In this document: one piece after another, positions 37,993 to 50,944 of the stretch | Position numbering within the stretch: the stretch's first letter is position 1 | How the letters are laid out: every line of letters begins with the position of its first letter | DNA from: Eledone cirrhosa | Lineage: Eukaryota | Direction of reading: 5' to 3' | DNA length: 64,000 nucleotides | Assembly: GCA_964016885.1 (NCBI GenBank) | Contig: OZ024745.1 | Span: forward strand, 95,852,001 to 95,916,000 | The notes under the pieces: generated by a model | Databases searched by the model: none | What the model saw: only the letters and a program-made list of their open reading frames with translations | Told to the model about the DNA's origin: nothing | Program-made: the position numbers and the translations under genes

Positions 37993-38954
37993 TAAATGCC
38001 TCCGTGTTTGTTCTAACTCACTACACTCTGTGTTCAAATCCGGCTGAGGTCAACTTTGCCTTTTATCCTTTCAGGGTCGATAAATAAAGTACCAGTCCAA
38101 GGACGGTGGTTTGGTAGAATTCTTAAGCAGTTAGATAAGATGCTTTGTGGTATCTGATCTGGTTTGTGTGTTTTGAGTTCAAATCCTGACTCCTCCTGCA
38201 AGGAGTTGTAACATGCAGATAGTACCAAAAATGGAAATATTGTTTCCTTGGTCTTATCTGATCATAAGCACTTTTTCTTTACCCCTTTTATTACCATATT
38301 TTAATGGAAGACACTGTCTATAATTTTCAAATAGTGAAGAATTTGAAGGGATTTAGTAAAATAATTAATTTGTTCATTATTAAGATGGTATTTAAAGCAT
38401 AGTTTAACAAGGTTTTTATGGTGGAATTGTAATGGAAGGCTTTTAGATAAATATAAACACTTTCAAACAAATAGTTTTATATCTCAAAACCAGGAGTGGT
38501 CTCTGGCAGTTAGGTACCAAAACGATTACTAGACAAATAGACTAGAGGCTTTGAAATATTGGCGTTTTTGTTAAAGCTATGATGCAGCACAAATAAGATA
38601 CAAATTGTTGACATGGCCAGCTCCTACCATCAAAACCTACACCATTTGTTGTTAGTGTTTTTAAAAATTAGTTATTTTTAAAATGTCTTCTATGAGAATC
38701 AGATAGTAAATATTATAGTTTAAAAAACAAAAATATATATATATATAATGTTTCATTAACATGTGATAGCAAAGGAATTATATATACATTAAAATTAATG
38801 GGTTTTTTATGCCATACTTCAAATATAAACTCATATATTATATTATTTATTTATATTCATATATGAACATAAAATAAATAATTTAATATTTCTGCTCTCT
38901 TTCCGATTGAGCACTATTTTCCTTTTTCTTTTTCACATCTCCAGATATTGCCAC

Positions 38955-39280
38955 ATGGCTTAGTGGTTAGAGCATTGGCCTTGCAATCGAAAGGTTGTGA
39001 GTTCAATTCTCAGACCGGGTGATGTGTTGTTTCCTTGAGCAAGGCACTTTATTTCACATTGCTCCAGTTTACTCAACTGTAGAAATGAGATGATAGGGAC
39101 TGGGGTCCCTATCATTCCACTGCAAAGTGGTCGTGGAGGTGCCACGGCAAAAAAGCACCCAGTACCCAGTAAATGAGGTTGGTGTTAGGAAGGGCATCCA
39201 GCTGTAGAAATCAAGCCAGAATCAGTTCCCGTCCCACCCTTGCAAGCAGGGAAAAGTGAACGTAAAATGAAATGATGATA
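38955..39280 (+). mobile_element. tRNA-derived SINE family 2 head joined to an RTE 3' module
   Basis: A-box tggcttagtgg, B-box gagttcaattc, central ccttgagcaaggcactt. The tail cccgtcccacccttgcaagcagggaaaag equals the RTE 3' end at 23952-23980. A related head lies at 49712-49820. Confidence 0.75.
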
Positions 39281-39699
39281 TATAAATAAATAAATAAATA
39301 TATATATATATATATATAAATGACAAGCATTTTTATATAATGTAAGATAAATACATAAATTAATTAATAAAATATAAACAGGATTTCACTGAATGCTGAT
39401 ATTTGGCAATATTGATTTATTTCTTGGGTACAAGGATAGTCTCTACAGAATGAGGTAGGAACCATTAATTGAATCAGTTTTATTTGATGTTTTATGCTTA
39501 TTTTACTAACTCCAGGAGGAATAAATGACAGAGTTGATGACAGAGGGATTTGAATCTAATAAATCTGTAGCTAGAATAAAAACAGGATGAAAAAATTCAG
39601 GGAGCTTCTGCCTCTTTAAAAAAAGAAATTGATACACTCTACAAACAAAATGGCTGCATGTGAAGTGTGATGTTTCATTGTATATATAGTACTAAATAT

Positions 39700-39957
39700 A
39701 GTGTGCAGCAGAGAGGCCTGAAATGCTATAAACATCTCATGCATATGGAGAATGATATTTGAGTTATGAAAGGCCAGGAGTTCCCAGAGGAAGGATGCTG
39801 CAATAGAGGAAAGTGAAGGAAAACCTAGGCAGAAGTGGTGACGGCAAATCTTAAATTACTGAACCTCACAGAAAAAACCGATGAAATAAATGGAGTGAAG
39901 CTGTGCTGGAAACCACTCAACCCATGCTAGCAAGGATGATGATGATGATAATGATGC

Positions 39958-39991
<34 letters not shown>

Positions 39992-40092
39992 AATGATGAT
40001 GATAATGACGATAATGATAATGACAATGATGGTAATGACGATGGTGATAATGACGATCATGATAATAATGATCAAGATAATCATGATGAGAT
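39700..40092 (+). mobile_element. Decayed RTE 3' end with expanded (GAT)n tail
   Basis: aacccatgctagca terminus followed by ~155 bp of GAT/GAC/AAT repeats. Confidence 0.6.
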
Positions 40093-40797
40093 AAAACATA
40101 AATTGGAATAGATGCTACTGAGAATCCAATTTGGTATTTTATCAATTGTCATCTAAAGAATCGTGGATTATAGTGCAGTCAGCATAGAATAAAACAAAAA
40201 TTAGATTGTATTACGTGTGTCTGAATTCGTATCTTGTTGTAGTCAATTTTACATTTTATTCACTTAAGTTTGAAGTTATGACTTTATGGTTAAGAAATTT
40301 GTTTCACAACTATATGGTTTGTGGTTCAATCCTACTGTGTGGCATCTTCAGAAAGTGTCTTTGACAACAGTCTTGGATCAAACAAAGCTTGTGAAAAAAA
40401 CTTTGGTAGATTGAAATTGTGCTCAATTCTGTCCTTTTCTTGAGTGGTAGATTTAAACTGTTGCCCATTTAAACACAACAATCTGGCCTTCTGGTTCCTT
40501 TAGTAGAATCCAACCTGTGGCAAATATCCAAGCAAGGTCTCCAGTCTGAGGATAACTTCCTCCTACAAGTCTTAGGGTCCCCCAAAATAACTTTTTGTGC
40601 TGCCCTTCTTTGTCATACTTTCTAAACCATAAAAATATAACACTGATCTGCATGGACACGATTTTTTTTTTTTTGTACATATTGTTTTAAAAATTCTCTT
40701 TACTTTTACTCACTATATATTTATCAAGACTCAATAAGTAATGTATAATGGTTCAAATTAGTATTTAGTATACATTTTCTATACTTTAAATTATAAT

Positions 40798-40915
40798 TGT
40801 TTCTACTTTAGGCACAAGGCCAGCAATTACCCAGTACATTACTAGTACTTTATTTTATCGACCCCGTAAGGATGAAAGGCAAAGTCAACCTCGGCGGGAT
40901 TTGAACTCAGATCGT
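40798..40915 (-). mobile_element. 5'-truncated SINE family 1 with 10-bp TSD
   Basis: aaattataat at 40788-40797 and 40916-40925. Confidence 0.85.
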
Positions 40916-42314
40916 AAATTATAATGATACTAAATTCTATCCTTTAGATAAGATTATCTTGGTACTGAGCAACACAATTTCAGCAATAATTGACAGCTAG
41001 TAAAAGCAAGATAATTGATAACTAAATAATTTTCTATATAGATGATAAACACAACCACAAGGATATGGTCCGAACGTTGAAGAGCCAAACTCCCACTGTC
41101 ATTGCCTCCATCTCTCTCATTCTCCCCATCTCTCTGTATGGTGAACAATGGGGTCCTGCATGCTGGCCTCCCCACAGCCCCGGCGGACAGAATGGAGAAG
41201 GCATTTCCCTGGAGAATGGTAAGGGATATGCACTGGAAGAGCCATATCTATCTAAAGAATATATAACAACTTAGCACATATATTTTAGCATGCAGTTTTT
41301 AAATCAACTCTAACTTTTTTAGCCTTAGGGATTTTCTTTTTAACATCAGAGATACAGAATCTGCCAATTTTCTTTTTAAAATTGATTATAGTTCAAGGGT
41401 TTACATCTGCAGGACATTTTATTTTTGTACATAAATATATTTCATTTACATTTGAAATGTATAAATATATTTTGTTTGTATTTGTAATTACATTTTCATC
41501 TTTGATAAATTGAAACTGAAATAGTAGCAGTTTAAGTTTTCAGAAAATGAAACAATTAATGCTTTCAAACATAAAAAAAAAATATTTACACACTTCAAAT
41601 ATTAAGGAGATATAATGAGATGTAAAACCTTTAATCCTAATCAATTTCTGTTTTAGAAAAAATAATAATTAAAATCTCTTTTTTAATTACTTTTTAGGAG
41701 ATTCAGAATTTCTGATGCTTAAAACATAAACATCCAAAGACCCTATTATAAAGAAAGTCATATAAAAAAAGTTAAATAGGAGTTTGAAAAAATCACCACT
41801 AAAACAAAAAAGAGCTAAAGCTTGTATATTTTTACATATTTCTAAAACATTTCTTTGGAATTGAGATTAAAGGAAATATACTGCTTTGCAAAAGAAACAT
41901 TTACATAACTCTGTTAAAGAGAGAATTACTTTATAGAATTCTTCAGTAAGAATTCATCTACAATAAAATATTAAAGGCATAATTGAATAAGGTGGAGTCT
42001 TATACAAAGCAAATAATTGGATGTTCTTCAAAGTGAAGCCTGAAAGCTGTATAATAGACCATTTGTACCTTGTAAACTGATAAAATATTCTTTATAGATG
42101 ACTGATACAAATGAAATCTAAGAACATTTGCTATTATTAATAAATTAGCTGATATAGAATTGGTTAGTCTCAGCTAATTTAAAAGTAATTGTACTCATAT
42201 TTTGACTTCAAAGTTGTTATATAAACTATCCATGTTTTTTATGTCTACAGAGTAACAGACTGACACTTCAGGTACAGAGAAATGAAGTTTTGCTAAAATG
42301 TTTTAGTATAGATA

Positions 42315-43064
42315 TTTAACAGCGGTGAAGATTCAAAACTGAATCTGAGCTTTCCCGCCTCTGGGACAAGCCGTGGTAAGTTGTTTACACCCGGGAGACC
42401 AACCCCTTGGGAGATGCTAAACACAGGTCAGATGTTGTTTACACCTGAAAAAAAAGAGGTAAGATATATCCATCCTTCTAAGTTGTTTACGCCTGGCAGA
42501 CCAACCTCTTGGGAGATTGTAACCAAAGGTCAGAGGATATATCTATCCTTCTAACTTCAACCGTTATAAATACAGGGTTGTTTACGCCCCGGCAGAAAAA
42601 GTGTTACCACAGACAAGAATGGACATTTCACCTACTCTATCAATTCTCCCTTCACGAAAAACGTCTGTCCACTATTTCTCACACGCCTTACACCCCTGGC
42701 TGAGTGATTACTACTACTGCTAAAACAAGAAAGTTTACTAATACGCACACACGCACACACAGTAAGTTCACACTGCTTGCATTTTTATACGTACCATTTC
42801 TGTCACATTGTATCTTTCAGATACAATACAAATTATCTTATAATCGTATTCTGTTATACTTGTATTTACGTGGCTCGAAGACCCACCAAATTATTGTACG
42901 AATATTTCATGTTATAAATTTTATCATTCAATATTCAAATTGAATATTGTTATAATAAAATAAACTTTGTAACAACACAATCTTAGTATTATTCTTTGCA
43001 TTGAAACCATCATATCAACAATTCGATCTATTCACTTATCCGTTTAACTTGAATATTCGCTACA
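42315..43064 (+). mobile_element. Probable solo LTR (~750 bp)
   Basis: gata|tttaac (TG>TT?) ... cgctaca|gata gives a 4-bp TSD. Internal U3-like duplications, tataaat at ~42565 and aataaa at ~42955. Confidence 0.6.
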
Positions 43065-45071
43065 GATATAAAAGCATTCAAATAACTTTGCCACTGAAGT
43101 AAAATTGATTTCTAATTTAGGCACAAAGCTAGCAATTTTTGGGGTAAAGGCAAAGTTGATTAAATCAACCTCAATATTTAACAGGTACTGTATTCTATCG
43201 ATCCTGGAAGGTAAAAGGTAATGTTGAACTTAGTGAGATAAACAATTGATATGGCTTCTTTTTTTTTTTTACTGCATAATTAAGATGTAAGAACAATACC
43301 CACAACTCTTTATTTTATCAGGGTCCTGAAGAATGGTGAAAAGAAGGGTCAATGATATCCTCAAAATTGAAAACTTGATCCAAATGCTTACAATAGAGTG
43401 AACTTTGCAAAAGACAGCCAAAGACGAGATGATGTTGTTAATTAATCAATAGATTAAAGTTTACCATTCAAAATAACTCAGAACCCAAAGAAGAGGAATA
43501 AATATTGCAAGGTATTCTGCCCAACACTCTAACACTTCTGCCAATCTGTTGCCCTGCACTGGTACTTCATGTCTAAAGATGAAAAGCACAAGTAACGTTG
43601 ATGAGATTTGAACTCAGAGTATATAGAGCTAGAAGAAAAACTGCAAGATTTATGTCTGCAATGACTATAAATTTGTCACCTTAATAATGTTCAGTATCAG
43701 AAATTAGGAAAGTCTTATGTAAAATACGTATGAAATTCAAGATGAGAAATATAGTGAAAAAATTAAATTTTATTGGCTTTTTATTTTATTTTATTTTATT
43801 TTATTTTATTTTTCTGTAAATATGTTTTTCGTTTTGACACTTTAATTTGAAAATCTAGAGTGTTATATCACACATTAATTTTTTCTTATCACTATTAAGA
43901 ATCCCAAAATTTAGTCGCCCAGTGTATAACTGTTTCTAACATAGACACTAAACCAGATATTTAGCATTAATTGATTAAATCTGGCCTAGTAGTTGAGTAA
44001 TACTTAATTTTATCAAACCTATTAGGATGTAAATTAAAACTGATTTTGGAAGGATTTGAATACATGTAAAGAGCCAGAGAAAATACCACAAGGCATTATA
44101 TCTGTGTTTAATGATTCAACCAGTCCACTGCCATGTGACCAGTAATAATAATTTGATAGTTGGTCTATCTCAATGTGTTTCTTTCTGTTTTGTGACCATA
44201 TTTCTAATGAAATACAGTCTATTTCAATTATCTAATGAAGAGTTTTGAGAGATTTACTAAAATCATTAATTATTTCCTTACTAAGATAATACTTAACACA
44301 TGGTTCTTATATAAAATTATTTTGGAAAATTTAAATCTAAATGGGTAGTTATGTTTCATAGCACCAGAGCCAGTTTTAACTAAGTTGGAATTAAAAAGGT
44401 TAAAAAAATAGCTTGAGCCTCAGAAACAAATTAATATTGATAGAATTCTGAATGCATATTTTGGAGTATTTCATCTTTTTTTAATAGGTCATAGGCATTT
44501 ACAATCAGGGCTGACTTGTGCTTAGGCAACATCACAAACAACAACAGTTCATCATTATAAAAACAAAGGATGATAACATTATCAATTAAAATGAACCTAT
44601 TTTCTCAGTGTTCAAGTATCATATCTTATTTGTAGCAAATGACAACAGAACAATGTCTGAATACATTTGTGTTAGAAAAAAAAAATTAAGGGATGTGACA
44701 TGGTTCTAAAAAATCAACTTGCATTTACTGACAAAGTAGTTGTTTCCTGATATGCTTGAAAAAAAATAATGGTAAACTAAAGTTGTTATTAACTCTTAAC
44801 ATTTGTATCATCAGTAAATGGCATGAATCAGTAGTTAGAACAGTGAGTCTCTCAAACAGGATGAGAACAGTTCAAATTATGCCACTCTAAATCCTATTAC
44901 TAACATTTCCTACTTCCCTTTATTTAAAAAATCAAATTTCTATTTTAGAGCTATATCTTCATATTTATATTGCCTATATCTTCATTAAGAAAAACATTAA
45001 ACTATCACAAATCTGTTTTAAATAAATTCCTTTATTTTTTCTAACTTTAAGGTGGCACATGGATTGTATCT

Positions 45072-45106
<35 letters not shown>

Positions 45107-45185
45107 TAACGAAGGAAATGTGGTAAGGAACCAGGTGGACCATAACGCACCAAAGTACTCAATACTTGAGGTAGTAGAGTGGGTA

Positions 45186-45296
45186 ATAGGAACCAGTAAG
45201 ACCCCGACAGCTGAGCTCAAGCCGTTTCGACGGCTAATTCAGAATTAGCCGTCGAAACGGCTTGAGCTCAGCTGTCGGGGTCTTACTGGTTCCTAT
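45186..45296. mobile_element. Perfect 111-bp palindrome (55-bp arms, 1-nt spacer) made of hammerhead stem II plus 3' half
   Basis: The centre is gacggctaattc-a-gaattagccgtc, followed directly by GAAA-CGGCT-tgagctc-AGCTG-TC-ggggtc on both strands. The left arm extends to ~45105. (TA)n on both sides. Confidence 0.8.
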
Positions 45297-45302
45297 ATAT
45301 AA

Positions 45303-45351
<49 letters not shown>

Positions 45352-45894
45352 CATACATTCTCAGTACATAAAAACCAAAAATTTGTCTTCATTGTTTATG
45401 TTTATATATAAAGCCCGGCGTTGCTCGGGGCTGCTCAGTAGCTGTGTTAAAGTTACAATGTTAAGTTCCTTTCTTAGCTTAAAAACTGTAGAGTCTACAG
45501 TGTAGACTTTCATGTGGTACTTTTGATTAATATTCCCTCAACCAGCAGTATGCCTTATGAAGTTAAGAAAACATAACCATAACTCGATTGTTAAAACAAA
45601 AGAGGATGCTGGGGATAAAAACTGCACTGATAATTATCAGTGCAGTTTTTATAGATTATAATCTATTAACAAAAATCGAAAATGTAAACACTGCAACATT
45701 TGTCTCAGAAAAAAAACATCAGCGTAACCAAACTATCAGTTATTTTGAAACAAAGAAATTGGTTGGACATGAAAAAAAAAAAAATGTAATTTCATCACCT
45801 ATCACCTCTCTGCACGACTGCGACTGCTGTCTGCACAACTTTATCGCCTATATCACCACTCTGCACGACTGTCTGTCTGCACAACTTTATCGCC

Positions 45895-46910
45895 TATAGC
45901 AGTAAAGCCCGGCGTTGCCCGGGGCTGCTTAGTAGCTGTGTTAAAGTTACAATGTTAAGTTCCTTTCACATTCATCTGTAGAACAAACGTAGCCCATGTG
46001 TCAAGTTTTGTGAAAATCGGTTGCGAACTCCAGAAGTTATGACGTTTTGTTGCATTGCACTGCAGTGCTTCAGTCGACTCCAAGGAAGTGGTTAGAGGGG
46101 GTTATCTGCCGGGAGGCCCTATAATCAATATCTGGAAAAATGAAAGTGCTCATGACCATCCGGAGTACAAAAGTAACCTATGTCTTAAGTTTGGTGAAAA
46201 TACTGTAGAAATGCATAAGGTTTACACACACACGCGCGCGCGCGTATGTGTTTGTGTGTGTGTATGTATTTGTGTGTGCGCATGTATATGTATGTGTATG
46301 TCCGTCGGCGCATACGTATGTACTGGCCTAAATCTTCACTATTTACTTCTACTATTTTAAGGCAAAGTTAAAATCCCGTCGAGGTTAACTTTGCCTTTCA
46401 TCCTTACGGGGTTGATAAAATAAAGTACCAGTAATGTACTAGGTGATTGCTGGCCTTGTGCCAAAAGTAGAAACAACTATTTTAATAACCTCTGTCATTT
46501 TTGTTTACAATTTTATTTACATCATTCTTAAACTCAGGGGCTGGAAATCATTCGGTTATTTTAAATAGAATATTAGTCTAACGACTCCATTTATACAATT
46601 AACTTGGTCTCGTCTTTGCATGAAATTGTTCTTCTCGGTCCACATAAAAACGTATTATCCTCGCTTTTTTCCATTCATTACCACGGAACGTCTTCACGAA
46701 CCAAAATATCGTTTTCCTGTTTTCCTTCGGTTGCAACGTTTCACGAAATATTTAATTCTGCGTTCACAGATTGAATTTTTTAGTTTAAGAATATCCCGTT
46801 AATGTTGAAAGCAGCGATTCTTTGCTTAAACTTTCTTTCTTTCTCAACCCTCTCCGTTTTTTCTCATAACCTCTCTCTCTCTCTCACTCATACCCTCCTC
46901 TCTCTCTCTC

Positions 46911-46945
<35 letters not shown>

Positions 46946-47478
46946 TCCTCTACAGAATGGAGAACAATAAAGAACGCACCAATCTCTCTTTCTCTCTACC
47001 TCTCTCTCTCTCTTTATATATATATGTGTTTGTGTGTGTGTGTGTGTGTGAACCAGCGCTCGTCGCCATTCTCTCTCTCTCTATCTGATTATCTTGTACC
47101 TCTCTCTGTATAACGACCTATCTCACACTCTCTCCCTCTACATTTCCCTTTCTCTCTTTAGATGAATATGTATATGCGTGTATGTGATATATATATAGAG
47201 AGAGAGTTGCAACATGTATGTAGTTTCATAGATTTTTTAGGGTAGTAGTGAGAGGAATTAAGCGTGTAAGAGAGAGGGTTACAGCATGTATTTAGTTTTA
47301 TCGATTTTTTTTTCATAGAAGATGGATATATTTGGCAAAGTCTATTACGTGTTGACCATCCTTGGTAAATTTGGAGCACATTGGAAAAAACATCATCAAA
47401 ATCGGTAGAGAAATGTGGAAATGCATAAAAATCATACACACACACAGACAGACATCTTCCGTTTTATATATATAGAGA
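45895..47478 (-). mobile_element. Non-autonomous Helitron-like element with nested SINE, repeat X and (CT)n
   Basis: Minus-strand 5' end tctctatatatataaaacggaagatgtctgtctg. 3' hairpin cccgggcaacgccggg near 45907-45923. A second copy of the 3' end lies at 45411-45472. Confidence 0.55.
46361..46475 (+). mobile_element. 5'-truncated SINE family 1 with short fold-back 5' end and 10-bp TSD
   Basis: actattttaa at 46351-46360 and 46476-46485. The leading ggcaaagttaa is the reverse complement of the internal ttaactttgcc. Confidence 0.8.
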
Positions 47479-48597
47479 TATCATCATCATCGTTTTTACA
47501 TCCTCTAAACAGTTCTGTACGAGCAAGATACGGTCACCCAACCAATCTTGCCTCAAGTGGGACAAACCCGACCAACCCATGCTAGCATGGAAGAGGGACG
47601 TTAAACGATGATGATGATGACATTTATTAATTCATAACTTTATAAAGTTAACTGTCTCTAATATGTAAAAATCCTAATGAAAATATATTAATAAATTCTT
47701 CACTCAGAGAAGTATTAAAATATATTAAACTGATTTGGGAGATATAAATTAAATTGGTTAAAATAATTCTTTTTTTTTATTTATATAATACCCTGACCAT
47801 GGTTTCCGGAACTCAGGATACAAATTGGCAATTTCAAATCATTGAAATAACCAATATTGGAAGAATTTCAATTCCTTCATTGGAAGTGGTGGTTGGGGGA
47901 GGGGGGGGATTCTTTCTTAGGAATAAGAGGATGAGTTCAAACTATATCATACATACCATGCCGTTAGTAGACTACATGGTGAACGTGTTGCAATGTTGAA
48001 TTACTGTATGAATATATTCCTCTTAATATATTAAGACAATACATGGTGCTTATTTATATTGACGCTGGAAAGAGCAGCCAAAACCATCTAAATCAGATAA
48101 ACAATGATGGAGTAGCCAGTATTAATTTATGAGCACAGGCTGAAGCATACACCTAGTGTGCACCACCTTTACCTCGACTCCCTTCCATTTACCTCCCATA
48201 TCCTAACACTACACCACTCACACATGCAAAATACTCACCTCTCCAATCCCCACACACCTCTCCCACAAAATACCCCGCCCACACTGTAAAGTGGTTGTCG
48301 TGGCAACACGACAAAAAACGTCCAGCTCACAGTGTAATGTGGTTGTGTAGATGTCATGAGAAAAAGTACCCAGCCCGCTCTGTAAAATGGTCATGTAGGT
48401 GTCATGACAAAAAGCACCCAGCATACACAATAAATGTGGTTGGCATTATGAAGAGCATCCAGCTGTAGAAACCAAGCCCAAAGCAGTTCATTATGAGCAA
48501 GGCATGGTCACCTGACCTGGCATTTCTCATAACCAGACAACCCGTCTAACCCATGCTAACGTAGAAAAATGGATGTAAAATGGTGATGATGATATAA

Positions 48598-48666
<69 letters not shown>

Positions 48667-48716
48667 ATGGTGGTGGTGACGATGATGATTATATATATAT
48701 ATATATATATATGTAT

Positions 48717-48860
48717 ATCATCATCATCATCATTTTACGTCCGCTTTTCCCTGGTTGCAAGGGTGGGATGGGTCCTATTCAGCACAGTATCTCTCCACTT
48801 GTCACGGTCCTCCGTCATCTCCACCATGAGCTTCAGCGATCTGAGGTCTGCTCTCACCAC
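48717..48860 (-). mobile_element. Short RTE 3' end inserted in a (TA)n-rich tract
   Basis: VVRADLRSLKLMVEMTEDRDKWRD..REKRT* followed by (GAT)n. Confidence 0.9.
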
Positions 48861-48918
48861 ATATACATATACATACATACACATATACATATACATACAT
48901 ATACATATATATACATAT

Positions 48919-48967
<49 letters not shown>

Positions 48968-49159
48968 TGTAATAAACAACATAAGGCAATTATATCATTT
49001 ACCAGTGGTTTCTTAAAAGCAAAAAAAATTTGCTGTCAATCATCAGAATGAGAAAATCCTGGTGTATTTATTGACGTTGGATTTTATTACATAACTATTA
49101 AGCTCTGTTACCTACATAGAGCACTCTTTTTTCCTAGACTTTTCCGACGGAATTACTTC

Positions 49160-49195
<36 letters not shown>

Positions 49196-50944
49196 ATGTA
49201 ATGGTGGTGGTGATGATGACAATGACAACAATGATGATGAGGATTGTTTTCTGAAACGATACAAAGATATATTTCTTCACTACTTTCCTTTTTAAATTTA
49301 ATTCCTTAAACTAAAACAGTAAAATATTTGTGTGATATATGGAAATATTTCTCTTTATGTTCTTGCCAACAGTTTTTCTCACTCTAATATAATTTTCAAA
49401 GTGGAATGAGTTTATCAGCTACAGTTATAGTCTTATATATTTTTAGCTTCATCTTAATCATACATTGAGTTTCTGAGATATCAATTTGCTTTAGTTTGCT
49501 AAATTTTCACTTTGATGTATATATTACTTCAACATTGTTTCCTCTTTCTTTTCTTACACTGTTCTCTTGTACATTTTTATTTTCCATATCTATCCTTCAA
49601 CACTGTAATGTAATGTAGTACAGTGGTATAATATTTTTAATCCTTTTTCCTCACAACTACTCAAATTTCTATTGCCTCGTATCACCCATAATTCTTTACA
49701 TTATTCACATTTAGTGATTGGTTAGAGAATTGGATTCACAATCATAAGGTTGTGAGTTCGATTCACAGACCAGGCGATGTGTTAATGTCCTTGAGCAAGG
49801 CACTTTATTTCAATTTGCTCCTTCTACCTGGAGTTGCGACTGATAGATAGTAATAGCAATTGGAAAGACCAATGGAAACATTGTTTCCTCGGTCCGATTT
49901 GGTGAAAGTCTAAATATTTATATATATTCGTGAGGGAATAATGATAATATTATCATTGTTCACTCACAAATACATTTAAGGTATCCACCACACCATGTTA
50001 GAGTGAAAACAAATTTTGTTTTATTTTTCGGCAAAGTCGGCTGTATGCAAATTAGTATGCAAATTAGGTTAATCAGCCGATGTATACATTTGAGAATACT
50101 ATGTATTCACAGCAGTTCCAGCAGGTAGCAGTGATGAGGATACACAGTCTCTATAAGGAGCAACGATGCTGAGACAATTGTCGACTGTTTTCTTTCAGTT
50201 CTGTATGAGCAAGACATAGTCACCTAACCTAGCCTATCTCACAAGAGTGTGGAAAATGGACATTAAATGGTAATGATGATGTTGATATATATATATATAT
50301 ATATATAATATTTATATTCATGTATATACATAAACATAGGCATATACATACTCAACTTTGCACACATTGTTAATGTTACTATTGCAAGGAAATCAATTTT
50401 TTTTAGACTGGGTCATTTTAATTGACACCTGAATTAATTGTTATTTTCACATTGTTTTTGTTTGCTTCTTACTCAACAGACACAGCGGTGCCTTATTATC
50501 CTGATCATTAGACCATAAATTCTGTTAAAAATATTATTATTTGGTGAAATCTGCAGAAAAATGTTTTAATCAATATTGAAAAATTCATAATTAAATTTTA
50601 GTTCACTAGAAATTGTTCACTTTATTGTAAAATTATTATTATTTGTGTTTTTCCTCTTCATTCAGTTTTGTTTCCATTTCTTGATGAGTGTCTTCTTGAC
50701 ACCCACGACAGAGAAACTCACTGCATAAATTGATAAGCCTTATAATAAACACACCAGATTGTTCATGTCAAGCACTTTACAGTTACAAGTATATCATTTG
50801 CTTTATACATGTGCACATTAAAATCATATTTACAACAGAATAATATTCAATCATATAAGAGTGCTCAATTATTTACAACTTACATGATTATGGAATATAA
50901 TCTAATAAAGTTAAGAAAAAAAATTGCATAGATGATTATCTTTT

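Noticed and set aside
38955-39030. tRNA gene
   Set aside because: A and B boxes are present but there is no complete cloverleaf, and it continues into a SINE body.
40515-40621. Minus-strand exon candidate with LRLVGG (SRCR-like start)
   Set aside because: Downstream SRCR residues (GRVEV, WG.VC) are absent and the donor is weak; it cannot be supported without RNA data.
50675-50720. TTGATGA-GTGTC-ttctt-GACAC hairpin as a hammerhead
   Set aside because: No GAAA box follows the stem.
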